429 nucleotides of DNA from Escherichia coli (GTDB lineage: Bacteria; Pseudomonadota; Gammaproteobacteria; Enterobacterales; Enterobacteriaceae), in the NCBI RefSeq assembly GCF_003334255.1, contig NZ_QOWU01000243.1; one strand, written 5' to 3'. The number at the start of each line of letters is the position of its first letter. Position 1 is the first letter of the stretch. The translations under genes were made by a program, and so were the position numbers. Shown in pieces: positions 1 through 429 of this stretch. The notes beneath the pieces are model-generated. The model was not told the origin of the DNA. It did no database searches and saw nothing but the letters and a program-made list of their open reading frames with translations.

Positions 1-16
1 AATTTGAGAGACTCAC

Positions 17-34
17 GAACAACTTTCGTTGTTC
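17..34 (-). other. Predicted RNA hairpin with GNRA (GAAA) tetraloop in the pre-23S spacer
   Basis: The transcript reads GAACAAC-GAAA-GTTGTTC, a perfect 7-bp stem closed by a GAAA tetraloop (plus-strand gaacaac ttt c gttgttc). It is read directly from the sequence; no function is assigned. Confidence 0.45.
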
Positions 35-60
35 AGTGTTTCAATTTTCAGCTTGATCCA

Positions 61-75
61 GATTTTTAAAGAGCA
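61..75 (-). promoter_or_regulatory. Spacer boxA-like transcription antitermination element (TGCTCTTTAAAAATC in the transcript)
   Basis: Plus-strand gatttttaaagagca (61..75) reverse-complements to TGCTCTTTAAAAATC. This closely resembles the rrn boxA consensus (TGCTCTTTAACAA) that nucleates the Nus-factor antitermination complex. A second boxA copy in the 16S-23S spacer is a described feature of E. coli rrn operons (established knowledge). Function here is inferred from sequence similarity only. Confidence 0.6.
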
Positions 76-138
76 AAACTTCGCAGTGAACCTTTGCAGG
101 TACACTCTGAAGTATTTTTTATTTAATCACTACAGAGA

Positions 139-214
139 TGGTGGAGCTATGCGGGATCGAACCGCAGACCTCCTGCGTGCAAAGCAGGCGCTCTCCCAGC
201 TGAGCTATAGCCCC
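139..214 (-). tRNA. alaT: tRNA-Ala (anticodon UGC), 76 nt with encoded CCA
   Basis: Reverse complement of 139..214 is GGGGCTATAGCTCAGCTGGGAGAGCGCCTGCTTTGCACGCAGGAGGTCTGCGGTTCGATCCCGCATAGCTCCACCA. The anticodon loop is CTTTGCACG (anticodon TGC = plus-strand gca at 179..181). The G3:U70 alanine identity pair is present (G at plus 212, U from plus-strand a at 145). It has a T-arm GGTTCGATCC and an encoded CCA at 139..141. It matches the E. coli rrn spacer tRNA-Ala as I recall it. The gene symbol is a family label (alaT/alaU/alaV). Confidence 0.96.
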
Positions 215-256
215 ATAACATGTAGTTAAAACCTCTTCAAATTTGCCGTGCAAATT
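215..256 (-). other. Inter-tRNA spacer between tRNA-Ile and tRNA-Ala (42 nt)
   Basis: It is bounded by the tRNA-Ile 3' CCA (257) and the tRNA-Ala 5' G (214). It is short, AT-rich and non-coding, as expected for co-transcribed spacer tRNAs processed by RNase P and 3' nucleases. Confidence 0.85.

Positions 257-258
<2 letters not shown>
238..258. repeat. Tandem pair of the self-palindromic octamer CAAATTTG separated by 5 nt, abutting the tRNA-Ile 3' end
   Basis: CAAATTTG occurs at 238..245 and 251..258 with spacer ccgtg between them. Each octamer is its own reverse complement, so the pair can also fold as an 8-bp hairpin with a 5-nt loop in the precursor RNA. The copy at 251..258 overlaps the final CA of the tRNA-Ile CCA end. 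Confidence 0.4.
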
Positions 259-333
<75 letters not shown>

Positions 334-401
334 GTAGAGGTTTTACTGCTCATTTTCATCAGACAATCTGTGTGAGCACTGCAAAGTACGCTTCTTTAAG
401 G
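334..401 (-). other. Internal transcribed spacer segment between 16S rRNA 3' end and tRNA-Ile (68 nt)
   Basis: It lies between the 16S terminus (402) and the tRNA-Ile 5' end (333). The transcript reads AAGAAGCGTACTTTGCAGTGCTCACACAGATTGTCTGATGAAAATGAGCAGTAAAACCTCTAC. There is no ORF and no independent promoter signature. This position corresponds to the 3' strand of the 16S processing stem in enterobacterial rrn operons (established knowledge). Confidence 0.85.
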
Positions 402-429
402 TAAGGAGGTGATCCAACCGCAGGTTCCC
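402..429 (-). rRNA. rrs: 16S ribosomal RNA, 3'-terminal fragment (gene continues beyond the window's high-coordinate edge)
   Basis: Reverse complement of 402..429 reads GGGAACCTGCGGTTGGATCACCTCCTTA, the universally conserved 3' end of bacterial 16S rRNA, including the anti-Shine-Dalgarno CCUCC (plus-strand ggagg at 405..409). Only 28 nt are present, so the call rests on this terminal signature and on the operon context. Confidence 0.93.

Larger units (their letters stand above)
1..138 (-). other. Internal transcribed spacer segment downstream of tRNA-Ala, leading toward the 23S rRNA gene (partial; 23S start not in window)
   Basis: The transcript-sense sequence begins CATCTCTGTAGTGATTAAATAAAAAATACTTCAGAGTGTACCTGCAAAGGTTCACTGCGAAGTTTTGCTCTTTAAAAATCTGGATCAAGCTG..., which I recall as the enterobacterial tRNA-Ala to 23S spacer. 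The 23S 5' signature (GGTTAAGCGACTAAGCGTACACGGTGGATGCCC, reverse complement on plus) does not occur in the window. Confidence 0.85.

Noticed and set aside
105-130. AT-rich stretch (gtattttttatttaatcac) resembling a promoter -10 or UP element
   Set aside because: It sits inside a co-transcribed rRNA spacer with no paired -35/-10 at proper spacing on either strand. The AT-richness is typical of the enterobacterial tRNA-Ala to 23S spacer.
29-229. 66-aa plus-strand ORF from the six-frame track (MFSVSIFSLIQIFKEQNF...)
   Set aside because: It lies antisense across the whole of tRNA-Ala and the rRNA spacer. It has no convincing ribosome-binding site upstream of its ATG, and its composition simply reflects the complement of structured RNA. 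It is a chance open frame inside a non-coding rRNA operon spacer.
402-412. Strong Shine-Dalgarno-like sequence taaggaggtga on the plus strand
   Set aside because: It is the complement of the 16S rRNA 3' end (the anti-SD itself) encoded on the minus strand, which necessarily reads as a perfect SD on the plus strand. No start codon follows in the remaining 17 nt of the window.

Overview
The whole window is the 16S-23S internal transcribed spacer of a bacterial rRNA operon, encoded on the minus strand. It contains the last 28 nt of the 16S rRNA gene (402..429), tRNA-Ile(GAU) (257..333) and tRNA-Ala(UGC) (139..214), followed by 138 nt of the spacer leading toward a 23S gene that lies beyond the window's low-coordinate edge. 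From memory, not a database search, the sequence matches the Ile/Ala-type spacer of Escherichia/Shigella-like Enterobacteriaceae. There is no protein-coding gene here; the 66-aa ORF in the six-frame track is an artefact lying antisense across tRNA-Ala and the spacer. I find no evidence of a novel or undescribed system: this is conserved, multi-copy housekeeping sequence. The only secondary observations are a boxA-like antitermination motif and two small hairpin or palindrome elements in the spacer.
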